Below, one piece after another: positions 27,668 to 36,647 of a DNA stretch of 64,000 bases. Position 1 is the first letter of the stretch. Each line of letters starts with the position of its first letter. The notes under the pieces were generated by a model. That model was not told where the DNA came from. It made no database searches and saw nothing but the letters and a program-made list of their open reading frames with translations. The position numbers and the translations under genes are program-made. The stretch is from Candidatus Eiseniibacteriota bacterium (GTDB lineage Bacteria > Eisenbacteria > RBG-16-71-46), in contig JBGAML010000005.1 of assembly GCA_044223005.1 (NCBI GenBank), positions 224,523-288,522 of the forward strand. Direction: 5' to 3'.

Positions 27668-29658
27668 TGGCCCGAGCCCTCGTCCTCGTGGTCCGCCGGT
27701 CCGCGGAAGAGCCAGCTCTGGTTGTCGCGCTGCTGCTGGTAGAGCTTGCGCGCGGTGACCAGGTGCTGCGCGAGCTCGCCGAAGCGCTTCTTGCGAACGC
27801 GCGGCGAGCGCGACTCGGTCCAGCGCCGGAACACCTCGTCCTCGAACGAGCCGTGCGTGTTCCACGCGCCGAGGATCTCCTCCATCTCGCCGACGACCAG
27901 CTCGAACATGCGGATCTTGCGCTCGAGGATCTCGAGCACGTAGGCCTCGATCGTCCCGCGCGCGACCAGGTTGGTGACGCGCACCGGGTGCTCCTGGCCG
28001 AGCCGGTGCACGCGGCCGATGCGCTGCTCGAGCCGCATCGGGTTCCACGGCAGGTCGTAGTTGATCACGTTGCGCGCGTACTGCAGGTTGCGCCCCTCGC
28101 CGCCGGCTTCGGTACTGACCAGGACCTGGTCGCGCAAGCGGAACGCCTCGAGCGAGTCCTCCTTCTCGCGCCAGCCCATCTCGCCGTGGAAGACCTGGTG
28201 CGACAGCCCCGCGTCGTTGAGCGCGTTCACGATCGCGTCCTGCGTCGCGCGGAACTGCGTGAACACGATCGCCTTCTCGCCCTGGAGCGCGGTGATCGAG
28301 CGCAGCAGCGTCTTGATCTTGCTCGGGTCGGCGCTGAGCGCCGCCGCGCGGTCGGCGAACGCGCGCACGCGCTTCGGGTCGAGCCCGTCCGGGTGTGACG
28401 CCAGCCGCAGCAGCGTGCCGGCGGCGGCGGCCCACGACGAGCCCATCTCCTTCTGCAGCACCATCAGCGTGAAGTAGTGCGGCTTGCCGGGCTGCCCGGC
28501 GTCGCCGTGCACGGCGTCCGCGACGAACTCGCTCACCTGCTTGTAGAGGTTGCGCTCGGCGACGTTCTGCGGCACCCACAGCGTGTCGACCTTGCGCGGC
28601 GCGAACGTCAGCTGCGTGTCGCCCCGCCGCGTGCGGATCATGACGCTGCGCAGCAGGCGCCGCAGCCGGGGCGTGTTGCGCGGCGTGCGCTTGTCGTGGC
28701 CGGAGAGGAAGTCGCGCCGGAACTGCGAGAACGTCCCGACCGTTCCCGGGCGCACGAGCGTGACGAGGTTGTAGAGCTCGCGCAGGTCGTTCTGCACCGG
28801 TGTCGCGGTGAGCAGCAGCAGGTAGCGGGGATTGAGGTCGTTGATGAACTTCCAGCCCAGCGTGAGGTGGTTGCGCAGGCGGTGCGCCTCGTCGACCACC
28901 ACCATGTCGTAGTTCGCGCCGCGCACGCGCCGGCGATGGCGTTCGTGGCGCGCGGTCTCGAGCGACGAGATCACGAGCGGATGCCGCCCCCACTGCCCCG
29001 CCGGTCCGCGCGAGACCACGAAGTCGAGCTCGAACTTCTCCCACAGCTCGGCGCGCCACTGTTCGCACAGCGACGCCGGCACGAGCACGAGCACGGTCCG
29101 CACCGCCCCGCGCAGCAGGTACTCCTTGAGCACGATGCCCGCCTCGACCGTCTTGCCGAGGCCGACCTCGTCCGCGAGGATCCCGCGCCCGCCGAAGTCG
29201 CGCAGCACGCGCAGGCAGGCATCCACCTGGTGCGGGAACCGTTCGACGCCGCGCAGCGAGTCGAGCGACAGCAGCCGGTCGGCGCTCGCCCAGCCCGCCC
29301 ATTCCTCGGCCTGCGCGCGCGCGTCGAAGTGCGCCTGCGACTCCGAGCCGTTCGCGAGCCAGCGCTCGAGCAGCCGGTCGCCCTGCGGATGCCACGCGCG
29401 CCGCGGCCCCGACGCGCGCGGGACCAGCGGCAGCGGTTCGTCGTCGCGCCCGTCCCCCGCCACCACCGTCTCGCGCGACCGCGAGCCGTCGACGATCTCC
29501 CAGTCGCGCGCGGCCGAGAGCCGGCGCAGCTGGCCGTCGAACACGACCTCGAGCACCTCGCGGCCGCGGTCGGTGTGCACCTCGACGATCAGTCCCTCGC
29601 CGAAGAGCGGGTGGTGGAGCCGCTGCCCCACCTGGTAACGGGCGTCGTTCACGTCCAC
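27664..29658 (-). CDS. SNF2/Rad54-family helicase (DEAD/DEAH box, SNF2_N + HelicC)
   Basis: Motif I ILADEVGLGKT, motif II VVVDEAHRLRN, LLTATPVQN, QRIGRVHRLGQ; N-terminal about 150 aa non-helicase domain. Confidence 0.85.
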   Translation of the reverse strand: MDVNDARYQVGQRLHHPLFGEGLIVEVHTDRGREVLEVVFDGQLRRLSAARDWEIVDGSRSRETVVAGDGRDDEPLPLVPRASGPRRAWHPQGDRLLERWLANGSESQAHFDARAQAEEWAGWASADRLLSLDSLRGVERFPHQVDACLRVLRDFGGRGILADEVGLGKTVEAGIVLKEYLLRGAVRTVLVLVPASLCEQWRAELWEKFELDFVVSRGPAGQWGRHPLVISSLETARHERHRRRVRGANYDMVVVDEAHRLRNHLTLGWKFINDLNPRYLLLLTATPVQNDLRELYNLVTLVRPGTVGTFSQFRRDFLSGHDKRTPRNTPRLRRLLRSVMIRTRRGDTQLTFAPRKVDTLWVPQNVAERNLYKQVSEFVADAVHGDAGQPGKPHYFTLMVLQKEMGSSWAAAAGTLLRLASHPDGLDPKRVRAFADRAAALSADPSKIKTLLRSITALQGEKAIVFTQFRATQDAIVNALNDAGLSHQVFHGEMGWREKEDSLEAFRLRDQVLVSTEAGGEGRNLQYARNVINYDLPWNPMRLEQRIGRVHRLGQEHPVRVTNLVARGTIEAYVLEILERKIRMFELVVGEMEEILGAWNTHGSFEDEVFRRWTESRSPRVRKKRFGELAQHLVTARKLYQQQRDNQSWLFRGPADHEDEGSGQ

Positions 29659-31058
29659 AAGTCGAACTCCTGGCCCTTCTCCGGCACGTGGACGGTCGCC
29701 CCCGTGCGTTCGCGCAGCTTCTCCGCCAGCGTGTCCGCGGGCCCGGGTTCGCCGTGCACGAGGAAGATCGTGGGCGGCACCGGCTTCATGGACGTCACCC
29801 AGCGGATCAGCTCGTCCTGGTCGGCGTGCGCGCTGAAGCCGTCGAGCCCGGCGATCTCGGCGCGCACGCGCACCGGCTCGCCCAGCACGTTCACCGTCTC
29901 GGCGCCGTCGCGCAGCCGGCGGCCGAGCGTGCCGTCGCCCTGGTAGCCGACGAACAGCACCGTGTTGCGCGCATCGCCCAGCGCGTGCTGCAGGTGGTGC
30001 ACCACGCGCCCGCCTTCGCACATGCCCGAGGCCGAGACGATGATGCAGGTGCCGTCGCTCTCGTCGAGCGCCCGGGACTCGTCGGGCGAGCCCACGTAGC
30101 GCAGGCGCGAGAAGCCGAACGGCTCCCCGTTGCCGCTGGTGAACTGGGCGTAGGTCTGCTCGTCGAAGCACTCGGGGTGCTTCGCGAACACCGCCGTCGC
30201 GCTCCGGGCCATGGGGCTGTCGACGAAGATCGGCAGCTCGGGGATGCGCCCGGCGAGCGTCAGTTCGTGCAGCGTCGCCACGAGTTCCTGCGTGCGGCCG
30301 ACCGCGAACGCCGGCACCAGCAGCCGGCCGCGGCGCTCGACCGTGCGCTTCACCGCGTCGATCAGCCCATCGATCGTGGCCTTCTCGTCGGCGTGCACGC
30401 GATCGCCGTACGTGCTCTCCATCACCAGCACATCGGGCGCCACCGGCGTCTCGGGGTCGCGCAGGATCGGCCGCTTCCAGCGCCCGAGATCACCGCCCAT
30501 GCACACGCGCAGCGTCCGGCCCTCGGCCTCGAACTCGAGCGTCGTGATCGCCGAGCCGAGGATGTGCCCCGCGTCGTAGTAGGTGGCGCGCACGCCGGGA
30601 AGCGGCGAGAACGGCTCGTGGTAACCGTGCGTCTCGAAGCGCGCGAGCGTGCCCTCGACGTCCTCGAGCGTGTAGAGCGGCCGCCGCGGCGGGCGCCCGG
30701 CCTGCCCTCGGCGGTTCACGTGCTCGACGTCCTTCTGCATCAGGAACGCGCTGTCGGGCAGCATCACGCGCGACAGGTCGGCGGTCGCGGGCGTCATGTG
30801 GATCGGCCCGCGGTAACCCTGCGCCGTCAGCGTCGGCAGGTTGCCCGTGTGGTCGAGGTGCGCATGCGACACCACGACGCTGTCCACTTCGCCCGGCGCG
30901 AAGAGGAACGAACGGTTGATGCGGTCCGCTTCGTCGCGGTGGCCCTGGTAGAGGCCGCAGTCGAACAGCAGCCGCTTGTTGCCGAAGCGGAGCAGGTGGC
31001 GCGAACCGGTGACGGTGCGCGCCGCGCCGTGGAACGCGATCGAGAGCGGAGTCTTCAT
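29649..31058 (-). CDS. MBL-fold beta-CASP nuclease (COG1236/CPSF-Ysh1/RNase J-like)
   Basis: HAHLDHTG metallo-beta-lactamase motif, beta-CASP region, C-terminal RNA-specificity-like domain, about 469 aa; 10-nt overlap with helicase start. Confidence 0.85.
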   Translation of the reverse strand: MKTPLSIAFHGAARTVTGSRHLLRFGNKRLLFDCGLYQGHRDEADRINRSFLFAPGEVDSVVVSHAHLDHTGNLPTLTAQGYRGPIHMTPATADLSRVMLPDSAFLMQKDVEHVNRRGQAGRPPRRPLYTLEDVEGTLARFETHGYHEPFSPLPGVRATYYDAGHILGSAITTLEFEAEGRTLRVCMGGDLGRWKRPILRDPETPVAPDVLVMESTYGDRVHADEKATIDGLIDAVKRTVERRGRLLVPAFAVGRTQELVATLHELTLAGRIPELPIFVDSPMARSATAVFAKHPECFDEQTYAQFTSGNGEPFGFSRLRYVGSPDESRALDESDGTCIIVSASGMCEGGRVVHHLQHALGDARNTVLFVGYQGDGTLGRRLRDGAETVNVLGEPVRVRAEIAGLDGFSAHADQDELIRWVTSMKPVPPTIFLVHGEPGPADTLAEKLRERTGATVHVPEKGQEFDLWT

Positions 31059-31059
31059 G

Positions 31060-31683
31060 TCAGTACGCCGCGTAGAACATGACGCCCACGCTGGCGCGGA
31101 CGTCGTGGTTGGTCTTCTGGTCGAGGAAGATGCTCGAGTACTTGGCCGACCCGGTGATGGCCCAGCTCCGGTACACGAACCACTCGGCGCCGCCGGACAC
31201 GCTCAGGTAGAAACCGTCGCCGTTGAGCGGGTACTGCGTGTCGCCGTTCTCGAGCCGGGCGTTGAGCTGCGCGAGCCCGGCGCCCGCGTTGACGTAGCGC
31301 GGCACGCGCGTGCGGGTGCCGAAGTACTGGTAGAGATCCACGCCCGCCAGCGTCAGCCGCAGCTGGTTGCGGGCCACGTTGTCCGAGTCGGGCGAGAACG
31401 CGGTCTGGCCGAGGTTCCGCCCGCGCGCCTTGAGCCGCTGGGCCTCGAACGACAGCCCCAGCGCCCGCTCGTAGCGCATGCGGTAGCGCAGCTGCACGTC
31501 GAGGTTCCCGCCGAGGCCGAACTCGTCCCCGAGCGATCCCGACTTGGCGAGTCCGCCGTATCCACCGCTCATGCCGATGCCCACCTGGCCGGCGCGCGGA
31601 AGCAGGACGCTCCACGCGTGCGACGGTGCGGCCCCGGACACGACGAGCAGCAGGACGATCACTGCCGGACGGACGAACTTCAT
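31060..31683 (-). CDS. Small outer-membrane beta-barrel protein
   Basis: Signal peptide, alternating amphipathic beta-strand pattern, C-terminal aromatic (…MFYAAY); stop abuts start of beta-CASP gene. Confidence 0.55.
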   Translation of the reverse strand: MKFVRPAVIVLLLVVSGAAPSHAWSVLLPRAGQVGIGMSGGYGGLAKSGSLGDEFGLGGNLDVQLRYRMRYERALGLSFEAQRLKARGRNLGQTAFSPDSDNVARNQLRLTLAGVDLYQYFGTRTRVPRYVNAGAGLAQLNARLENGDTQYPLNGDGFYLSVSGGAEWFVYRSWAITGSAKYSSIFLDQKTNHDVRASVGVMFYAAY

Positions 31684-31724
31684 CGACTCCTCCGATTTCC
31701 CGATCGGGTGGATCGCGGACCCCT

Positions 31725-32687
31725 TCAGGCCCGCGGGTGGAACTGGCGATGCACCTCGCGCAGGTAGCTGCGGTCGAGATGCGTGTAGATGGCGGTGGTG
31801 GTGACCGAGGCGTGGCCCAGCAGCTCCTGCACGACGCGCAGGTCGGCGCCGCCCTCGAGCAGGTGGGTCGCGAACGAGTGCCGCAGGGCATGCGGATGCA
31901 CACGCGCCGTGAGCCCGGCCTTGCGGGCCAGCGCGCGCAGGATCTTCCACCAGCCCATGCGCGAGAGCGGTCCCCCGCGCGCGTTGCAGAAGACGCGGTC
32001 GTGGCGCGCGCGGGACGCGAGCTGCGGCCGCCCGCGGTCGAGCCACTCGCGCAGCGCGCGCTCCGCCTGGCGGCCGAACGGGACGAGCCGCTGCTTGTCG
32101 CCCTTGCCGACCACGGTGAGCACTCGGCCCGAGAAACTGACGGCGTCGCGCTCGAGCCCGATCAGCTCGCTGACGCGCAGGCCGCACGCGTAGGCGACCT
32201 CGAGCATCGCGCGATCGCGCAGCGCGAGCGCGCCCTCGCCCTCCGGCTGCGCGAGCAGCGCCTCGACGTCGGCGAGCGAGAGCGCGTGCGGCAGCTTGCG
32301 GTCGCGCCGCGGCGCCGGGATGCGCGCGAACGGGTCGGCGCCCGGCGTCGCCGCGCGCGCGAGGTAGCCGTGCAGGCCACGCAGCGACGAGCGCCGGCGC
32401 GACACGGTCGAGCCCGCCAGCCCGCGGCGCGCGAGCTGCGCGAAGTACGCGTCCACGAACGTCGGCGTCGCCTCGCGCCAGTCGGCCAGGCCGTGCTTCA
32501 CCGCGAACGCGAGGTAGTCGTCGGCGTCGCGCCGGTAGGCGTCGAGCGTGTGCGCGCTCAGGCGCCGGCCGGTACGCAGCTCGTCGAGCCACGCCTCCGC
32601 CGGCAGGCGCAGGCCCGCCGGCACCGGCGTCTCCGCCGGGGCGGTCGCCACCGCGGTGGCGCGCGGCCGGGTGCGCGTCGCGCTCAC
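31725..32687 (-). CDS. Tyrosine recombinase XerC/XerD family
   Basis: R...HALRHSFATHLL...LLGH...TTAIYTHL catalytic motifs; 4-nt overlap with uvrC. Confidence 0.85.
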   Translation of the reverse strand: MSATRTRPRATAVATAPAETPVPAGLRLPAEAWLDELRTGRRLSAHTLDAYRRDADDYLAFAVKHGLADWREATPTFVDAYFAQLARRGLAGSTVSRRRSSLRGLHGYLARAATPGADPFARIPAPRRDRKLPHALSLADVEALLAQPEGEGALALRDRAMLEVAYACGLRVSELIGLERDAVSFSGRVLTVVGKGDKQRLVPFGRQAERALREWLDRGRPQLASRARHDRVFCNARGGPLSRMGWWKILRALARKAGLTARVHPHALRHSFATHLLEGGADLRVVQELLGHASVTTTAIYTHLDRSYLREVHRQFHPRA

Positions 32688-34525
32688 GCGGCTCCCTCCC
32701 GCTCCGCGAGGTGCGCGAGCACGCGCTCGGCGAGCGCCTTCGGCACGCGCGCGCGCTCGGCGATCTCCTCGGCCGAGGCGCCGCGCAGGGCCGCGACCGA
32801 GCCGAACGCCTTGAGCAGCGCCGCGCGCCGCGTCGGTCCCACGCCGGGCACCGTGTCGAGCGCGCTGCCGATGCGCGCTCGGGAGCGCAGCGCGCGGTGG
32901 TACTCGAGCCCGAACCGGTGCGCCTCGTCGCGCAGCCGCTGCAGCGCGCGCAGGGCAGGCGAACGGCGCGCGAGGCGCAGGTCCGGCAGCCCCTCGCGCA
33001 CGACGAGTTCCTCGCGCTTGGCGAGACCGATCATCGCGACCGCGCGCGTGGCGACACGCGACATCGCGTCGCGCGCGGCGCCCAGCTGGCCGGCGCCGCC
33101 GTCGATCACCACGAGGTCCGGCCGCGGCAGCTCACCCGACTCGACGCGCGTCCAGTAGCGCTCCACCGCTTCGCCGATCATCGCGAAGTCGTCCGGGCCC
33201 GGGCGGCGGATGCGCATGCGCCGGTAGAGCGACTTGCGCGCGCGCCCGTCCTCGGAGGCGACGACCGCGGCGACCGCCTGGTCGGGACCGAAGTTGGAGA
33301 TGTCGAAGCACACCATGCGGTGCGGCGGCGCGTCGAGCCCGAGTTCCTTCTGCAGCCCGAGCACCGCGGCCGAGAAGCGCGCCCGCCGGCCGCTCGCGCG
33401 CGCGGCGAGGTGTTCGAGCGCCGCGGCGGCGTTCTTCTCCGCGACCTCGACCAGCCGCCGCGAACGGCCGCGCACCGGCGCGAGCAGTTCGACCGCGTGG
33501 CCCGCGCGGCGCGAGAGCGCCTCGGCGAGCGCGGGCGCGTTGGCCGGCGCCTCGCTCACCAGCACGCGGCGCGGCAGGTCGGTGCGCGCCAGCGCGTGCT
33601 GCGTCACCCACAGCTCGACGATGGCGCCGTCGTCCGTGCCCGCGGCGCGCGCGAGGATGCGCGACTCCTTGCCGATCACGCGGCCGCCGCGCACGAGCAG
33701 CGTCGCGAGCGCCGCGCGCTCACCGTGCCGCGCGACGCCGAGCACGTCGGTGTCGCGCGGATCGTTGGTCACCATCTTCTGCGGCACCTGCGCGCGCTCG
33801 AGCAGCCGGATCTGGTCGCGGCGCTGGGCGGCGATCTCGTAGCGGCGCCCGGCCGCGGCCTCGTCCATCTCGCGCCGCAGCTGCGCCAGCAGTTCGTCGT
33901 TGCGCCCGGCGAGCAGGAGCATCAGGCCGTCGGCCATCGCCCGGTACGCCTTCGGCTCGACGCGCGCGCGGCTGTAGCAGGGTCCCGCGCAGCGCTTGAT
34001 GTGGAAGTAGAGACAGGGACGGTCCTGCCGGCGGTAGTCGTCGAAGTTGCGGCACGTGCGCAGCGGGAAGACGCGCCGCAGGTCGCGCAGGGTGCGCCGC
34101 AGGTTCTTCACGTCCGTGAACGGACCCAGGTAGCGTGCGCCGTCGTCGCGCACGCGCCGCGTCACCGACAGCCGCGGAAACTCGTCCTGCATCGAGAGCT
34201 TCACGAACGGGAAGCTTTTGTCGTCCTTGAGCAGGACGTTGTAGTTCGGACGATGCTGCCGGATCAGCGTCGATTCGAGGAGCAGGGCCTCCGCCTCGGT
34301 GTCCGTGAGGATCACGTCCACGTCCGCGGCCCGTTCCATCATCTCGTCCATACGCGGGCGCTGCGGGTCGTGCCCGAGGTAGCTGCGCACCCGGGACGCC
34401 AGGCTCAGGGCCTTGCCGACATACAGCACTTCGCCCCGGGCGTCCTTGAACAGGTAAACCCCCGGCGAGGCCGGCAGATCGGCGATTTTTTCGCTCAGCG
34501 CGCTCACGGAGCCCTCCGGAAGCAC
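32684..34525 (-). CDS. uvrC: Excinuclease ABC subunit C
   Basis: GIY-YIG N-terminus (PGVYLFKD...LYVGKA), UvrBC, RNase H-like and C-terminal HhH domains, 613 aa. Confidence 0.93.
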   Translation of the reverse strand: MLPEGSVSALSEKIADLPASPGVYLFKDARGEVLYVGKALSLASRVRSYLGHDPQRPRMDEMMERAADVDVILTDTEAEALLLESTLIRQHRPNYNVLLKDDKSFPFVKLSMQDEFPRLSVTRRVRDDGARYLGPFTDVKNLRRTLRDLRRVFPLRTCRNFDDYRRQDRPCLYFHIKRCAGPCYSRARVEPKAYRAMADGLMLLLAGRNDELLAQLRREMDEAAAGRRYEIAAQRRDQIRLLERAQVPQKMVTNDPRDTDVLGVARHGERAALATLLVRGGRVIGKESRILARAAGTDDGAIVELWVTQHALARTDLPRRVLVSEAPANAPALAEALSRRAGHAVELLAPVRGRSRRLVEVAEKNAAAALEHLAARASGRRARFSAAVLGLQKELGLDAPPHRMVCFDISNFGPDQAVAAVVASEDGRARKSLYRRMRIRRPGPDDFAMIGEAVERYWTRVESGELPRPDLVVIDGGAGQLGAARDAMSRVATRAVAMIGLAKREELVVREGLPDLRLARRSPALRALQRLRDEAHRFGLEYHRALRSRARIGSALDTVPGVGPTRRAALLKAFGSVAALRGASAEEIAERARVPKALAERVLAHLAEREGAA

Positions 34526-34637
34526 GAGTGGGGGTACTCGAGGGGACTACACTACATGGGGAACGCCGGTCCGAACAATGCCCGTTTGCCGGCCGCGGGG
34601 CCCAGCCGACCACGCCGCACGGACCGCGCCCACCGCG

Positions 34638-34666
34638 CTTGACAGCCCCCCGTCGAGACCCGTAAG
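34638..34666 (+). promoter_or_regulatory. Candidate sigma70-type promoter for rpsT
   Basis: TTGACA - 17 nt - GTAAGT about 45 nt upstream of rpsT ATG; weak -10. Confidence 0.3.
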
Positions 34667-34711
34667 TTTCCACGGCTTTTGACGTTCACGGATACCGTTC
34701 AGGAGGATTCC

Positions 34712-34969
34712 ATGCCGCATCACAAGTCCGCGGCCAAGCGCGTGGTGACGAACGAGAAGAGTCGCCAGCGCAACATCGCCGCGACCAGCCGGATGAAGTC
34801 GGCCATCAAGGCCGTGCGTTCGGCCAGCACGCGCAGCGCCGGCGAAGCCGCGCTCCGCAACACCGTGGCGGTGCTCGACCGCACCGCCGCCAAGGGCATC
34901 ATCAAGCGCGAGACCGCCAGCCGGCAGAAGTCCCGCCTGGCCAAGCACGTCGCCAAGCTGCCCGCCTGA
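34712..34969 (+). CDS. rpsT: 30S ribosomal protein S20
   Basis: AGGAGG RBS; MPHHKSAAKRVVTNEKSRQRN... characteristic S20. Confidence 0.9.
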   Translation: MPHHKSAAKRVVTNEKSRQRNIAATSRMKSAIKAVRSASTRSAGEAALRNTVAVLDRTAAKGIIKRETASRQKSRLAKHVAKLPA

Positions 34970-34980
34970 CGAGGTTCCCC

Positions 34981-35412
34981 GTGCCGTACCCCTCGCCGGC
35001 CGCTCGCTTCCTCGCGGTCACGAAGGGTGCCCTGCTTCTCGCCGCCGTCTGCGCTCCCGCGCAGGCGGCGTTCGCGTTCGAGGTGGTACCCCGGCCCGCA
35101 CCCGTCCATCGCCCGCACAAGGCCGCGTGGCTGTGCGCCGCCGCGGGTGCCGGGCTCGTCGCCGCCTCGTTCTCGCTGAGCGATCGCGCGGACCGGCGCT
35201 ACGACGCCTACCTGCACGAGGCCGACCCCGCGCGGATCGACGCGCGCTGGCGGGAGACCGTGAACGCCGACCGGCTGGCGAGCGGCTCGCTGCTGGGCGG
35301 CGAGGCGCTGCTCGTCGGGGCCGTGTGGCTCGGCTTCCTCCGCCCCTCGCCCGCTTCGCGCGTGGCGCTGGTCGCCACGGGAGACCGGTGCGCGGTCTCG
35401 CTGCGCTTCTGA
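34981..35412 (+). CDS. Hypothetical secreted/membrane protein
   Basis: Signal-like N-terminus and second hydrophobic helix; no recognised domain. Confidence 0.4.
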   Translation: MPYPSPAARFLAVTKGALLLAAVCAPAQAAFAFEVVPRPAPVHRPHKAAWLCAAAGAGLVAASFSLSDRADRRYDAYLHEADPARIDARWRETVNADRLASGSLLGGEALLVGAVWLGFLRPSPASRVALVATGDRCAVSLRF

Positions 35413-36638
35413 TCCTGGCGGCGCTCGCCGCCGGCTGCAGCAATCGCGAGCGCGCGAACCCGCTCGACCCGTCCAATCCCGCGACCGGCGGCCGGCCGTC
35501 GGGCTTCGACGCGGTCGCCGGCTACTCGATCGTCACGCTCCGCTGGCAGCCACAGCCCGGGCTGGCCGTGGACGGTTACCGGCTCGAACGCTTCGCGCCC
35601 GGGGATTCGCTGTGGCGGCCGCTCGGCGACGTACGCCCGGTCACGAGCACGGGCACCACCGACCCCGGCACGACGAACGGGAAGACGTACCGCTACCGTC
35701 TCGGCTACGTGGTGAACGGCGCCACGAACGGCGACTGGGCCGAGGACGTGGCGACGCCCGGGCTGCTGCGCCCGTGGGTCGCCGACGCCGGTGCGGACGC
35801 GCTCGTGCGCCTCTCGCCGGACGGCCGCGACATCGCGTATTCGATCACCGATGTCGGCGGCATCCAGGCACTTGCCGTCGACCGCGGCACCGGCTCGGTC
35901 TGGACGAGCGCGCCCTTCGACGGAATGGTCACGCGCCGTTTTCCCGGCGAGACCTCACCCACCGTGATGACCGGCCTGCACCAGCCGTTCACGATCGCCG
36001 TCAGCCCCTATGACCACTCGGCGTGGATCTGCGAACTCGACGGTTCGATCGCCCACCGCAATCCGTCGGGGACCGTCACCTCGCCGGGCTCGATCGGCCT
36101 GCTCGCCTCGCCCACGGGCGCCGCGGTCGGCGCCGCCGACTTCTCGCTCTGGGCGTGCGAGAACGCGGGCCATCGCGTGCGGCACTGGGCGGTCGACGGC
36201 ACGCTGCTCTCGACCACCTACGTCGGCTCGCCGTCGCGAGTCGCCGTGGACTCCTCGACGCGGATCGCGTGGGTGACCTCGCTCTCGCTCGGCCGCGTGT
36301 GGCGCATCGCCCCCGACGGCACGCTGCTCGACTCGACGGGCGTGGCCGCGGGCCCGATCGGGATCGCGCTCGACCGCGCCCACGGCCGCGCCTGGGTGGC
36401 CGACGCCGCGGGCGACCGGCTGATCGCGCTCGATCCCGACACCGCGGCGGAGCTCTTCCGCGTCACCGGCCTGCGCGAACCGCGCGACGTGGACGTGGAC
36501 CCGCTCACCGGCGACGCGTGGGTCGTCGCGCGCACGGACGGCGAGATCGTGCGCGTGTCGAAGGACGGCGTCGTGATCGCGCGGGTGGGCGGATTCCGCG
36601 ACCCGGTGGAAGTGCGCATCGACCCCGGGACGCAGTAG
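35388..36638 (+). CDS. Lipoprotein with FN3-like domain and beta-propeller (NHL/SMP-30-like) repeats
   Basis: GTG start, lipobox LAAGCS; FN3-like (YSIVTLRWQP...GYRLER); repeated ...AWV(A/T)D... blades. Confidence 0.5.
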   Translation: MRGLAALLILAALAAGCSNRERANPLDPSNPATGGRPSGFDAVAGYSIVTLRWQPQPGLAVDGYRLERFAPGDSLWRPLGDVRPVTSTGTTDPGTTNGKTYRYRLGYVVNGATNGDWAEDVATPGLLRPWVADAGADALVRLSPDGRDIAYSITDVGGIQALAVDRGTGSVWTSAPFDGMVTRRFPGETSPTVMTGLHQPFTIAVSPYDHSAWICELDGSIAHRNPSGTVTSPGSIGLLASPTGAAVGAADFSLWACENAGHRVRHWAVDGTLLSTTYVGSPSRVAVDSSTRIAWVTSLSLGRVWRIAPDGTLLDSTGVAAGPIGIALDRAHGRAWVADAAGDRLIALDPDTAAELFRVTGLREPRDVDVDPLTGDAWVVARTDGEIVRVSKDGVVIARVGGFRDPVEVRIDPGTQ

Positions 36639-36647
36639 GCCCGCCGC

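Noticed and set aside
31725-32687. Tyrosine recombinase next to an orphan helicase/nuclease module interpreted as a phage/ICE integrase marking a mobile island
   Set aside because: The protein has XerC/D-type length and motifs and is overlap-coupled to uvrC. No tRNA/att repeat, no phage structural or conjugation genes are nearby. Chromosome dimer resolution is the parsimonious role.
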